From: a candidate division FCPU426 bacterium | GTDB taxonomy: Bacteria > Oederibacteriota > Muellerivitia > Muellerivitales > Muellerivitaceae | Direction: 5' to 3' | Length of the DNA stretch: 64,000 nt | Assembly (NCBI GenBank): GCA_963719085.1 | Contig: CAVRAL010000001.1 | Coordinates: forward strand, 736,001 to 800,000 | Shown: piece after piece, positions 10,000 through 19,687 of the stretch | How the letters are laid out: every line of letters begins with the position of its first letter | How positions within the stretch are numbered: position 1 is the first letter of the stretch | Program-made: the position numbers and the translations under genes | The notes under the pieces: generated by a model | What the model was told of the DNA's origin: nothing | Databases searched by the model: none | What the model saw: only the letters and a program-made list of their open reading frames with translations

Positions 10000-11244
10000 T
10001 TGAAACGTGTGGTGGTCACCGGTTTGGGAGTGGTCGCGCCGACGGGAAATAACCCGGCCGATTTTTTCAAGAATATCTGCGACGGGGTCAGCGGGATTGG
10101 TTTAGTCACCCGCTTTGACGCGTCCCGGGTTGCCAGCAAGATCGGCGGCGAGGTCAAGCAATTTGACCCGGTCGCTTTTGGCATTGAGAAAAAAGACGTC
10201 AAGAAAACGGACTTATTCGTCCAGTTCGCCTTGGCGGCCAGCCTTCAAGCCATGAAAGATTCGGGATTGGATATGTCGAAGGAAGACTCGGCGCGGGTCG
10301 GTGTTTTAATCGGCTCGGGCATGGGTGGTCTTTCGACGTTGGAAAAGCAGCATACCCGGCTGGTTCAGGACGGACCGGATCGGGTGAGCCCTTTTCTCAT
10401 TCCCATGATGATCATCAATATGGCCTCCGGAATGGTTTCCATTTATTTGGGGGCCCGGGGACCCAACGTCTCCACGGTCTCCGCCTGCGCTTCCGGGGCC
10501 CACGCCATCGGGGAAGCCATGCGGTGGATTCAAAAAGGCGACGCGGATGTGGTGATCGCGGGCGGGGCCGAGGCTTGCATTACGGAGCTGGGTTACGCCG
10601 GTTTTTGCAACATGACCGCGCTTTGCATGGACTCGAATGAAAACCCGGCCAAGGGAAGCCGTCCCTTTGATAAAGCCCGTTCGGGCTTCGTCATGGGCGA
10701 AGGCGCCGGCATCGTGGTTTTGGAATCTTTGGAGCACGCGAAGTCCCGGGGCGCCAAGATTTACGCTGAGGCGGTCGGTTATGGCATGACCGCGGACGCT
10801 TATCACATGACCACGCCGGCGGAGAACGGAGAAGGGGCGGCCCGTTCCATGCAGTTGGCTTTGGACGACGCCAAACTGACCCCGAAGGACATCGGCTATA
10901 TCAACGCCCACGGAACGTCCACGCCTTATAACGATAAATTCGAGACGCTGGCGATCAAGACGGTTTTCAAGGAGCAGGCGGCGAAGGTTCCTGTTTCTTC
11001 CACCAAGTCGACCACGGGCCATTTGCTGGGCGCCGCGGGCGGCGTGGAGTTTATCGCCTGTACCCTGGCCATTCAAGAAGGCGTCCTTCCGCCGACGATC
11101 AACCAAGAAACACCGGATCCGGATTGTGATTTGGACTATATTCCCAACGTCAAACGGATGGCGCCGGTGGAGGTTTGCCTGTCGAACTCCCTGGGGTTTG
11201 GCGGCCATAATGTCTCGCTCATTGTTCGAAAATTTAATTCCTAA
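10000..11244 (+). CDS. fabF: 3-oxoacyl-ACP synthase II
   Basis: [38 protein letters not shown] 10000 follows a GGAGG SD. Confidence 0.97.
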   Translation: MKRVVVTGLGVVAPTGNNPADFFKNICDGVSGIGLVTRFDASRVASKIGGEVKQFDPVAFGIEKKDVKKTDLFVQFALAASLQAMKDSGLDMSKEDSARVGVLIGSGMGGLSTLEKQHTRLVQDGPDRVSPFLIPMMIINMASGMVSIYLGARGPNVSTVSACASGAHAIGEAMRWIQKGDADVVIAGGAEACITELGYAGFCNMTALCMDSNENPAKGSRPFDKARSGFVMGEGAGIVVLESLEHAKSRGAKIYAEAVGYGMTADAYHMTTPAENGEGAARSMQLALDDAKLTPKDIGYINAHGTSTPYNDKFETLAIKTVFKEQAAKVPVSSTKSTTGHLLGAAGGVEFIACTLAIQEGVLPPTINQETPDPDCDLDYIPNVKRMAPVEVCLSNSLGFGGHNVSLIVRKFNS

Positions 11245-11287
11245 AAAAAAGTCAAGGTCTCCCGCTCGACTGAAGCCCCAAGTCGAC

Positions 11288-12037
11288 ATGGACCCCGCGC
11301 GCCTGAAACAGCTGCGCCGGTTTTCCAAAACCCTGCGGATTCCGTTGGGCGACGGCAAGCTTTTAAATGACGCCCTGACCCATAAATCCTATACCCATGA
11401 GCGCAAGATGCACGCCAATCTCCACAATGAAAAATTGGAGTTTTTAGGCGACTCAGTTTTGGGCCTGGTCATCAGCGAGCATGTGTTTGAGGCCTATCCG
11501 GAAGCCACCGAAGGCGGACTTTCCAAGGTGAAAAGCGTGGTCGTGAGCGCCCAAGTCTTGGGGGAAAAAGCCAAACTGATCAACCTGGGGGATTACCTTT
11601 TGCTGGGCAAGGGCGAGGAAAAATCCGGTGGAAAAAACCGGGCTTCCTTGTTGGCGGACGCCCTGGAGGCGGTTCTGGGGGCGGTTTATCTTTTGGGGGG
11701 ATTGGCGCCCGCAAAAAAACTGATCCTCAGCCTTTTAAAAGACGACGTGGATAACGTGTTTACCGGCCGGATGGAAAAGGATTATAAAACGCTTTTGCAG
11801 GAACACTTTCAAAAAACCCAAAAGACCGCGCCCCGCTATGAAATCGTCAAAGAGTGGGGCCCGGACCATGACCGCAACTTTGAGTCGGCCTGCGTCGTCA
11901 ACGGAAAAACCATCGGGGTGGGTGTCGGTAAAAGCAAAAAAGAAGCCGAACAGTTGGCGGCGCATGAGGCCATCCAAAAACTTCAAATCGTGGTTTCGAT
12001 TCCCAGCGACCATAAGATCAACCCGGTGAACGGCTAG
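11288..12037 (+). CDS. rnc: Ribonuclease III
   Basis: ALTHKS, NEKLEFLGDSVL, ADALEA, dsRBD DYKTLLQE...SKKEAEQLAA; start uncertain. Confidence 0.95.
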   Translation: MDPARLKQLRRFSKTLRIPLGDGKLLNDALTHKSYTHERKMHANLHNEKLEFLGDSVLGLVISEHVFEAYPEATEGGLSKVKSVVVSAQVLGEKAKLINLGDYLLLGKGEEKSGGKNRASLLADALEAVLGAVYLLGGLAPAKKLILSLLKDDVDNVFTGRMEKDYKTLLQEHFQKTQKTAPRYEIVKEWGPDHDRNFESACVVNGKTIGVGVGKSKKEAEQLAAHEAIQKLQIVVSIPSDHKINPVNG

Positions 12038-12057
12038 ACGCAAGAAAAGGAAATGTC

Positions 12058-12312
12058 ATGGCGGCAAAGAACTTCGGCAGGGTCATTTTGTTGATCCTGG
12101 TGGGGGCCGTATTGGGAGGTTATGTGGGGGAGTTGCTGGGATTACTGATCCCTTCGGGCCTTTTCCACGACTTATTCACTAAAAGTTTTGACGTGGGATT
12201 GGACACGATGGTTTTAGACCTTCGCATCGTGGTTCTCACTTTTGGTTTTAAAATTTATATTAACCTCTGCAGTATCATTGGGATGGTCTCCGGGTTTATG
12301 GTTTCCCGTTGA
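12058..12312 (+). CDS. Small membrane protein (DUF4321-like)
   Basis: Two hydrophobic segments, GAVLGGYVGELLG and INLCSIIG; typical position upstream of maf. Confidence 0.7.
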   Translation: MAAKNFGRVILLILVGAVLGGYVGELLGLLIPSGLFHDLFTKSFDVGLDTMVLDLRIVVLTFGFKIYINLCSIIGMVSGFMVSR

Positions 12313-12887
12313 TGCGAAAGCTCATTCTGGCCTCCACCTCGCCGCGCCGCAAAAAAATCCTTAAATTCCTGGATGTTTCTTTTAAAAGCACGGCCCCCCG
12401 CGGTGTCACCGAAAATATGCGGATCGGGGAAGCGCCCCGCCGGTTGGTGGCGCGTTTGGCCTTGGAAAAAGCGCTTTCCGTTCATCGATTCCACAAAAAC
12501 CAATGGGTCTTAGGCGCGGATACCTTGGTGGTTCATCAGGAAAGGATCTATGGAAAACCTGGAAACGCGCGAGAAGCGCTCCGAAATTTACGCCGTTTCA
12601 GCGGCGCGGGGCATCAGGTTTTAACCGGAATGGCTTTAATCCCGCCGGGCGGCAAGGTTTGGATCGGCGTCGGAAAAAGCGTGGTTTATTTCAGGAAGCT
12701 TGGAAGAAACGAGCTGGCGGATTACGTCCGCACGTCCGAGCCTTACGATAAAGCCGGCGGTTATGATATCCGCGGCTCGGCGAGCCGGTGGATTCGTGGG
12801 TTGGAAGGGGATTATTTCAATGTGATGGGTTTGCCGGCCGCGATGCTTTTAAAAGCCTTGACCGAAACCGGATTCTTCAAAAAATAA
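12312..12887 (+). CDS. maf: Maf-family nucleoside triphosphate pyrophosphatase
   Basis: LILASTSPRR, GADT, GKP, KAGGY, NVMGLP. Confidence 0.93.
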   Translation: MRKLILASTSPRRKKILKFLDVSFKSTAPRGVTENMRIGEAPRRLVARLALEKALSVHRFHKNQWVLGADTLVVHQERIYGKPGNAREALRNLRRFSGAGHQVLTGMALIPPGGKVWIGVGKSVVYFRKLGRNELADYVRTSEPYDKAGGYDIRGSASRWIRGLEGDYFNVMGLPAAMLLKALTETGFFKK

Positions 12888-12965
12888 AAACCCATTTAGC
12901 CACAAATGATTATTTGAGATACATCTGTATTTATCCGCGGCCAAAAAAAGATTGGCTCTCTTATC

Positions 12966-14432
12966 TTAATTGAGGAAGGTTTTGACCTTCAGTTTTTGGC
13001 GTTGGTCATCCAAAAACGACTTCACCCATTGGTCTTGTTTGGCCGTAATCAATTGTTCTTGGGCTTGGGCCAGGTCCTTTTGCTTTTCCTTGTCCGAAAG
13101 AGGACGATCCTGGGCCTGCGTGATTTGGAAGAAACAATGGTCATCGCCCAAATCCAGTGGGCCCCGCCACTCACCCACATACAAGGCGGCCAAAGTCTGG
13201 CTGACGGCCGTCGAATCTTTGTATCCGGGAATGCCCGCGCCGGCGGTGAACCAGGCGGTGGTCTGGGTTTTCAGCTTTAACTCACCGGCGGCTTTGGCCA
13301 GGGGCTCTTTTTGCTCAAGCTTGATTGCCACTTGTTGGGCCAGGGCTGAAATTTCCTCCTGGGCCTTTTCCGATCGGTATTGGTCCAGCGCCTGGGAACG
13401 GACGCCCTCGAAAGTGCTGGTATAGGATTTTTCGTAATCCTCCAATTGCACGATGTGGTACCCGAATTGGGTTTTGAAGGGTTCGGAAATCTGGCCTTTT
13501 TTCAACTTGTCGAATATTTGATCCTCGAACTCTTTCACCATGGTTCCGCGGGTGGCCCAGCCTAGCTCGCCGCCTTGGGGCGCGGAGCCCGGGTCTTGGG
13601 AATACTTTTTAGCGGCGTCCGCAAAAGTTATTTTCCCCGACGAGATTTTTTCCCTTAAGTCCGAAAGCGTTTTTTGGACAGCCGCTTCCTCTTGCGGCGC
13701 GGCGCCGGCCTTCAAGGTGATCAGAATGTGGCGGGCTTTGGCCCTTTCAGGATGGTCGAATTGGGCTTTGTTGCTTTCGTAGTAGGACTTTAATTCGTCG
13801 ACGCTCGGCGTAATGGTTTTTTCATAGCTTTTCACGTTGAAGGACAGGATATCGGCCTTGAGGCTGCGGTTTAAAAGATCGGCGTAGTGGTCCACTTCCG
13901 CGGGGGAAAAGACAACGGCGTCCGCCAACACGGAGGTGATTTTTTGCGTGAGGAGCTGTTGTCTTTCGGATTGCTCATATATTTCGGGGGTGAGCTGATT
14001 TTTCTGGAGAATATCAAAGTAAATGTTTTTATCGAATTTACCGTTGCTTCCCATGAAATAAGGTTGGCGTTGGATCACGGCCGCGACTTCTTCCGTGGAT
14101 ACCGTAATGCGCAGTTTTTCGGCGGTTTGGTTCAAAATGGAAGTATTGATCAATTGGTCCAGAACTTCCTGGCGTAACTCGGTCATTTCCTCTGGGGAGG
14201 GAGCTTGGCCGGAGCTGCTGTAAAGCCGGTTGACCGCGGAGTCGTAAATCTGGTTGAGCTGATCAAAGGTGATTTTTTCTTTGCCCACCTTGGCCGCCAC
14301 ATTGGGATCGGTTTGATTGAGGCCCTGATATTTGGTTCCCACCGCGATAAAGACGAACCCCACCACAAAAGCGAAAATCAGTATCCAAAGAACGATGTGC
14401 ATGGTTTTCTTGTCGCGCAATGTCCGCATCAT
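12966..14432 (-). CDS. PpiD/SurA-like periplasmic chaperone with parvulin PPIase domain
   Basis: N-terminal TM, SurA_N-like region, ARHILI...FADAAKKYSQDPGSAPQGGELG...FKTQFGYHIV. Confidence 0.9.
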   Translation of the reverse strand: MMRTLRDKKTMHIVLWILIFAFVVGFVFIAVGTKYQGLNQTDPNVAAKVGKEKITFDQLNQIYDSAVNRLYSSSGQAPSPEEMTELRQEVLDQLINTSILNQTAEKLRITVSTEEVAAVIQRQPYFMGSNGKFDKNIYFDILQKNQLTPEIYEQSERQQLLTQKITSVLADAVVFSPAEVDHYADLLNRSLKADILSFNVKSYEKTITPSVDELKSYYESNKAQFDHPERAKARHILITLKAGAAPQEEAAVQKTLSDLREKISSGKITFADAAKKYSQDPGSAPQGGELGWATRGTMVKEFEDQIFDKLKKGQISEPFKTQFGYHIVQLEDYEKSYTSTFEGVRSQALDQYRSEKAQEEISALAQQVAIKLEQKEPLAKAAGELKLKTQTTAWFTAGAGIPGYKDSTAVSQTLAALYVGEWRGPLDLGDDHCFFQITQAQDRPLSDKEKQKDLAQAQEQLITAKQDQWVKSFLDDQRQKLKVKTFLN

Positions 14433-14507
14433 GAAAAGAGCCCTCCAATGGGGTTTGAATTAAATTTAAGCCGGTTTTAGGCCTTTTTTACCCTTTTAAG
14501 CTCGCGC

Positions 14508-14535
14508 ATTATATCAATTTGTTTAATGAAGACAA
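14508..14535 (-). promoter_or_regulatory. Putative promoter for the PpiD-like gene
   Basis: Minus strand TTGTCT-16nt-TATAAT with extended -10 TG. Confidence 0.5.
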
Positions 14536-14605
14536 CGTTAAGTTAGGCGGGGCCTTGGCCCGAAAAGCGCGGAATGATTCAAACCATGAGGGCGCCGGCG
14601 CTTCG

Positions 14606-14636
14606 TTGACAGTCAAAAGGTTTATCGTGATATAAT
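14606..14636 (+). promoter_or_regulatory. Promoter for the PorV-like/TPR operon
   Basis: TTGACA-19nt-TATAAT with TGn extended -10. Confidence 0.65.
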
Positions 14637-14662
14637 CGCAAAAATCATTCGCCCCGGGTTTC

Positions 14663-16438
14663 ATGATCCAAAACAAAACCTTTCTTTACTCGATCATTTT
14701 CTACTTCCTTGTTCTTTTGATGGGATGGTCCACCTATTCTTTTGCCGGCAGCACCAGCACCTCGGGCGTTCCTTTTTTACAAATACCGGCGGGAGTGCGC
14801 GGCGCGGGCATGGGGCAGGCCTTTTCGGCGATGGCGGATGATCTGGGGGCCGCTTATTGGAACGCGGCGGGGTTCGCCCAAATCACGGATCCTGAAATTT
14901 CCCTCTCGCATATTTCCTATTTTGAAGGCATCGATTACGAATTTATCGGAGCCGCATTGCCCCTGGCTTCCGGCAGCACTTTGGGAATCACCGCGAATCT
15001 GGATTCGGTCGGGGATTTTAATTCGACCGGGAACCCTTCCGCCACGCCGGGAAGCGCTTTGGATTGGGATTTGGGGGTGGAATTAGGGCAAAGTTTTGGC
15101 GAGAATTTTTCCTTGGGGCTGGGGGCCAAGTTTATCAACAGTACCTTGGTTTCTTACAGCGCCACGGGGCAGGCGATTGACGCCGGGCTTCTGGTCTATA
15201 CCTCCCATAAAGAACTGACCCTGGGGCTGTCGGTTCAAAACGTCGGGCAAATATCCGGTTTCAACCAATTCGGCACCCAGGAAAAGCTGCCCACCACTTA
15301 CCGAGCCGGTCTCGCCTATCGATTGAGCCCGGAAGACCCCACCCATCTGGCGTTGGATGTGGACATCGAAAAACCCATTGACGATGATCCCATCTTGCAC
15401 GCCGGCGGGGAAGTGTGGGTCGATTTTCAGGGAATTTCGGTGGCCTTTCGCGGAGGCTACAGCTTCAACCCGTTGAACAGCGATTTAGGGGGGACCACCG
15501 GCGCTTCCGTCGGCGCGGGCGTGAAAGTTTCCCAGTTTGAGTTTGAGTACGCGCTGGTTCCTTTCGGCCTGCTGGGGGACAGCAACGAGTTTTCGATCAC
15601 CTATCGGTTTGAGCCCCCGTCCCAAGAAGCGGCCGCCGCGGCCTCGGCTGAAAAACCGGCGGTTTTGGACATTAAACCCCAGCTGGCGGATTACAAAACC
15701 GGGGCTTTACAGCAGGCGACCTTTGAAATTAAACCGCAGGCCCGGACTGAGATTAAAAACTGGAGCCTCGAAATCAGGGACCCGAGCGGAAATCTGTTGA
15801 GAACTTATTCCGGCAAGGGTGTGCCGCCCAAGCAAATCGCGTGGGACGGTAAAGACGCTTATGGACATGTGGTCCCACAAGGTATTTTCGCCAATTACAA
15901 TTTTAAGACCGAGGACGTTCAGGGCCAGCAATTGGTTTCGAGCAACCCTCTGTTTAAAATCAGCGGAGTGACCGAAGGAACCATCACCCCGGGCGTGATG
16001 ACGCCCCAATTGGCGGCCATGCTGGCGCAGGCCCAACCCGAGCCCATCTATGTCCCCGTGTTGCCGGAGCGAATCGAGCCCATGGGGCCTTCGGGCCAAG
16101 TGAAGATGCCGTCGGTGGGTTTTGCCGAAAACTCCAGCCGCTTGGATCCGGGCTATCTTATCTTTTTGGACCAGGTGGCCCAATATATCCGCAAATACCC
16201 GAACGCCCGGGTGTATATCGAAGGGCACGCCTCGGCCGATGAGCCGGTTCGGGACGCCCTTCAGTTATCCCAAAATCGGGCGGATTCGGTTTTAAGATAC
16301 TTGGTGGAGAAGGGTAAGGTTTCGCCGGGGAATCTTTACGCCCGCGGCCACGGCCGGGCGACGGACTCAACGGAAAGTGATTCGGAAATCGCGCACTTCA
16401 GGACCCGAAGTGTGGATATCATCATATTGACCAAATAA
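14663..16438 (+). CDS. PorV/FadL-like OM beta-barrel + FlgD-like Ig domain + OmpA-like C-terminal domain
   Basis: Signal peptide; PAGVRGAGMGQAFSAMADD...YWNAAG; amphipathic strands; WSLEIRD...AWDGKD; IEGHAS...LSQNRADSV...RSVDI. Confidence 0.8.
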   Translation: MIQNKTFLYSIIFYFLVLLMGWSTYSFAGSTSTSGVPFLQIPAGVRGAGMGQAFSAMADDLGAAYWNAAGFAQITDPEISLSHISYFEGIDYEFIGAALPLASGSTLGITANLDSVGDFNSTGNPSATPGSALDWDLGVELGQSFGENFSLGLGAKFINSTLVSYSATGQAIDAGLLVYTSHKELTLGLSVQNVGQISGFNQFGTQEKLPTTYRAGLAYRLSPEDPTHLALDVDIEKPIDDDPILHAGGEVWVDFQGISVAFRGGYSFNPLNSDLGGTTGASVGAGVKVSQFEFEYALVPFGLLGDSNEFSITYRFEPPSQEAAAAASAEKPAVLDIKPQLADYKTGALQQATFEIKPQARTEIKNWSLEIRDPSGNLLRTYSGKGVPPKQIAWDGKDAYGHVVPQGIFANYNFKTEDVQGQQLVSSNPLFKISGVTEGTITPGVMTPQLAAMLAQAQPEPIYVPVLPERIEPMGPSGQVKMPSVGFAENSSRLDPGYLIFLDQVAQYIRKYPNARVYIEGHASADEPVRDALQLSQNRADSVLRYLVEKGKVSPGNLYARGHGRATDSTESDSEIAHFRTRSVDIIILTK

Positions 16439-16464
16439 ACTGTTCGAAGGCGAGGTGCAGCGTT

Positions 16465-17670
16465 TTGAAACAACTCATTCCCATTTCGTTAGCGGCTTTT
16501 TTGATGGTCGCGGTATTTGGCTGCCAGAGAAACAACCAACTGGAAACAGCGGCGGCCTTGGACAAGGCGGGCCAATATCCGGAGGCCATCAAGCTTTACC
16601 AGGATTACTTGAAACAATATCCAGCTTCGGCCCTGACCGCGCGGGTTTATTACCTCATGGCCAAGGATTACGGATCCGGTTCCGACTATACGAACGCGAT
16701 CCTTTGGTACGATAAAATTATCGCCCAATATCCACAAAGCCCCGAGGGGCTGCTGGCCTTGCTGGATGAGGCCGCCCTGTATAAAGACAAATTGAAAAAC
16801 ACCGCCAAGGCTTACGGGTATTCGGAAAAAGCCGTTGGACAATATTTCGCGAACAGCCAGGTCAAGGATGACATTCAATTTTTAGTGGACGCCCAATATC
16901 AAAGCGCCACGGCGTTTTACGCGAAAAAAGACTTCAAAACCTCGAATCAAGTGGCGTCCTCGATCTTTGCCGCTTATCCGGTTCTTTTCATCAATCCGGA
17001 TTCCCGGGCCAAAGTCGAGGCCCTTATTGACCAAACCCGGCGGGCGCTGGGCATGGCCCAGCTTGATTCCAGCGCGGTTTCCATTCGAAGCGAGGAACCG
17101 TTCAACAAAAGTTTTGAGGCGGATTTTGATTCCAATACTTCCACCGTGGAAGCCAAGGTGCTTTCCCCGCAGGGAGATTGGGTGGTTTCCCGCAAACAAG
17201 TGTCCCATTCTTATTATCTTTATCTGGCGAAAAACGATCCCAAGGCCGGCAAATTACGGTTTAACATTATTCCGCATACCTCCGGCGCCAATTTGCCGAA
17301 TTGGTCCCCGGATGAGGCCAATCTGGTGTATTTGCGCGTGACGGGCGCGGGACGGCGCTTAGACCGGATCGAGTTGAAGACCGACAAGACACAAACCCTC
17401 TTTCATTCGGAGGACGCGACCCTGGGGCTTTATCCGGTTTATCATCCGTCGGGTTCCAAAATCGCTTTTGTTTACGCGGGGAACGTGTGGTTGGTCAACG
17501 CGGACGGCACGGACAAAAGTTTATTGAAAACGAACGAACGGCTTGATTATACTGCGCACCTGACTTGGTCCGGCGACGGCACCATGCTTCGATGCGAACA
17601 AAATGGGAAAAAAGAAAAGACGGTCGACGAAGTGCTCATTTTGGACGCGGTGGGAACCTTCAATCCTTGA
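16465..17670 (+). CDS. Lipoprotein with TPR repeats and TolB-like (PD40) beta-propeller
   Basis: GAGGTG SD with TTG start; lipobox VFGC; TPR EAIKLYQDYLKQYP; PNWSPD, PVYHPSG, WLVNADG, LTWSGDG. Confidence 0.8.
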   Translation: MKQLIPISLAAFLMVAVFGCQRNNQLETAAALDKAGQYPEAIKLYQDYLKQYPASALTARVYYLMAKDYGSGSDYTNAILWYDKIIAQYPQSPEGLLALLDEAALYKDKLKNTAKAYGYSEKAVGQYFANSQVKDDIQFLVDAQYQSATAFYAKKDFKTSNQVASSIFAAYPVLFINPDSRAKVEALIDQTRRALGMAQLDSSAVSIRSEEPFNKSFEADFDSNTSTVEAKVLSPQGDWVVSRKQVSHSYYLYLAKNDPKAGKLRFNIIPHTSGANLPNWSPDEANLVYLRVTGAGRRLDRIELKTDKTQTLFHSEDATLGLYPVYHPSGSKIAFVYAGNVWLVNADGTDKSLLKTNERLDYTAHLTWSGDGTMLRCEQNGKKEKTVDEVLILDAVGTFNP

Positions 17671-17686
17671 AATTCAGGGGAAAATC

Positions 17687-19588
17687 TTGAAAAAATTAAT
17701 TCTTTTTATCGTCCTTTCGGTTTGGGGTTGCGCGGCCTCGCCGGCCGGGGCGCAAGACGCCACCATCGCGACCCTTATGAACGCGGTGAAGGCGAACCCC
17801 AATTCCTATGACGCCGAATTCAATCTGGGCGTCGCCTATTTCAACGCCCAACAATATGACTTGGCAGCCCCGGAATTTAAGCGCGCGCACGATTTGAAGT
17901 CCAGCGATACGACCTCCCAAGAAATGTACGAAAGCAGTTTGGGGATTTCGGCCTATCTCAAGGCGGATTATCCGACGGCGATTTCCCATCTGAAGGCCGT
18001 CTTGAGCGTAAACCCAAAAAATCCCAACGCCAACTTGCTTTTGGGAAACGCTTATATCCAGACCAATGACTATAAGGACGCTGAGGCTTTCCTTTTGGGC
18101 AACATCGCGTCCTCCCCGGATAAACCCCAGGTCCTGAAGGACGCACATGAGGGTTTGGCCAAGATTTATATGGATCAAAAAAATTACAAGGCGGCGGAGG
18201 ATCAGCTTACCGCTTTACTCGAGTTGCTTTCCAAGTCAAAAGAAGCGGACCGTTATTTCGGCGCCGCTCAAAATTTAGGCGTCGCTTACTTCCAGTCGGC
18301 GGAAGGCCAGCCGACCTCCATCCAAGCCGGCGATTACGCCAACGCGGTGAGCGCTTGGCAGAAGGCCCTGCAAATACATTCGGACGCCCAAATCGAGAAA
18401 TTTTTGGGTTTCTCCTATTACAACTTGGGCCAATTCCCTGAGGCCATCAATGATTACGAGCTGTCGTTAAAACAAAATCCCGACGACTCCGAGACCTATT
18501 ACAACTTGGCGGTGGCCTACAACGACAACGGCCTTTACGACGAGGCCGCGGCCAATTTCGCCCAAGCGTTTAAAATTGACCCGAAAGATTCCAACGCCGC
18601 AGTCGGCCAAGCCCAGGCCACCGAGGCGGCGATTAACGCGGATCTTGAGAAGGGAAGCAATTATTCCTTGAACAGCCAATATAGCGACGCCATTCAGGAG
18701 TGGGAGAAGGTCTTGGGTTACCAGCCGGACAATAAACAAGCCCAGGATTTTATCGCCGATGCGAAGTCCAAATTAGCGGTGGATGTGGAGAAGCATTATG
18801 AATTAGGTCAAACCGCTTATCACAACGGGAACAGCGTGGTCGCGTTAACCGAGTGGAACACGGCTTTGAAGATGGATCCCTCCAACGAAAAAGCGCAGGA
18901 GGCGTTGAATAAACTGAAGCTTAAAACCAGCGAGAAAATCAGCTCCCTGCTTTCCGACGGCGACGAGCTTTACGCCGAGAAGGACTACGCGGGCGCCATG
19001 GATAAATACCGGCAGGCGGCCAAAATCAATCCCGGCAGTTCGGCCGTTAAAAAGGCGATGAAAAAACTGAAATCCACCCAAGGAGACGCTTTCAATACTT
19101 ATTACGCGGCGGGAAAGTCGAGCGAGCAAAAAGGCGATTTGAAAAAGGCGCTGCTGGATTACGAGACGGCGTCGGGCATTGATCCTTCCAACGGCGACGT
19201 GAAGGACAGGCTGTTCGGGGTGCGGAAAAACTTGAGCAATAAAATCAGCCAGCTCTTGGACGAGGGATCGGTCTTGATGGACAGCGGTAATAAAGACCAG
19301 GCCAGCCAGAAGTTCCAGCAGGTGTTGACGCTGGACCCGGAAAACGTCCGGGCCAACGACTATATCACCAAGATGACGGGCCAAACCTCCGAGCAAAAGG
19401 CGAATTCGGAGAATGTGAAGACGCTTTATTATGAGGGTGTTAACCTATACCTGGATAATAAGATTCCCGACGCCATCGACAAGTGGAAACAGTGCTTAGT
19501 GCTTGATCCGGGTAATGTGAACGCGCAGCAAAACATTTCCAAGGCGCAGGCGAAATTGGAGTCGATCAAGAAGTTGAGCGGAGCCTAG
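17687..19588 (+). CDS. Exported multi-TPR protein
   Basis: Signal peptide ending AGA-Q; many TPR units (FNLGVAYF, YYNLAVAY, LKMDPSN, LTLDPEN, LVLDPGN). Confidence 0.85.
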   Translation: MKKLILFIVLSVWGCAASPAGAQDATIATLMNAVKANPNSYDAEFNLGVAYFNAQQYDLAAPEFKRAHDLKSSDTTSQEMYESSLGISAYLKADYPTAISHLKAVLSVNPKNPNANLLLGNAYIQTNDYKDAEAFLLGNIASSPDKPQVLKDAHEGLAKIYMDQKNYKAAEDQLTALLELLSKSKEADRYFGAAQNLGVAYFQSAEGQPTSIQAGDYANAVSAWQKALQIHSDAQIEKFLGFSYYNLGQFPEAINDYELSLKQNPDDSETYYNLAVAYNDNGLYDEAAANFAQAFKIDPKDSNAAVGQAQATEAAINADLEKGSNYSLNSQYSDAIQEWEKVLGYQPDNKQAQDFIADAKSKLAVDVEKHYELGQTAYHNGNSVVALTEWNTALKMDPSNEKAQEALNKLKLKTSEKISSLLSDGDELYAEKDYAGAMDKYRQAAKINPGSSAVKKAMKKLKSTQGDAFNTYYAAGKSSEQKGDLKKALLDYETASGIDPSNGDVKDRLFGVRKNLSNKISQLLDEGSVLMDSGNKDQASQKFQQVLTLDPENVRANDYITKMTGQTSEQKANSENVKTLYYEGVNLYLDNKIPDAIDKWKQCLVLDPGNVNAQQNISKAQAKLESIKKLSGA

Positions 19589-19607
19589 TTGGTTTTTTAA
19601 AAAAAGC

Positions 19608-19684
<77 letters not shown>

Positions 19685-19687
19685 TTT

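Noticed and set aside
11126..11287. Long N-terminal extension of RNase III overlapping fabF
   Set aside because: No homology signal; ATG 11288 gives a normal-length protein
10306..11358. 350-aa minus-strand ORF
   Set aside because: Antisense shadow of fabF with no recognisable motifs
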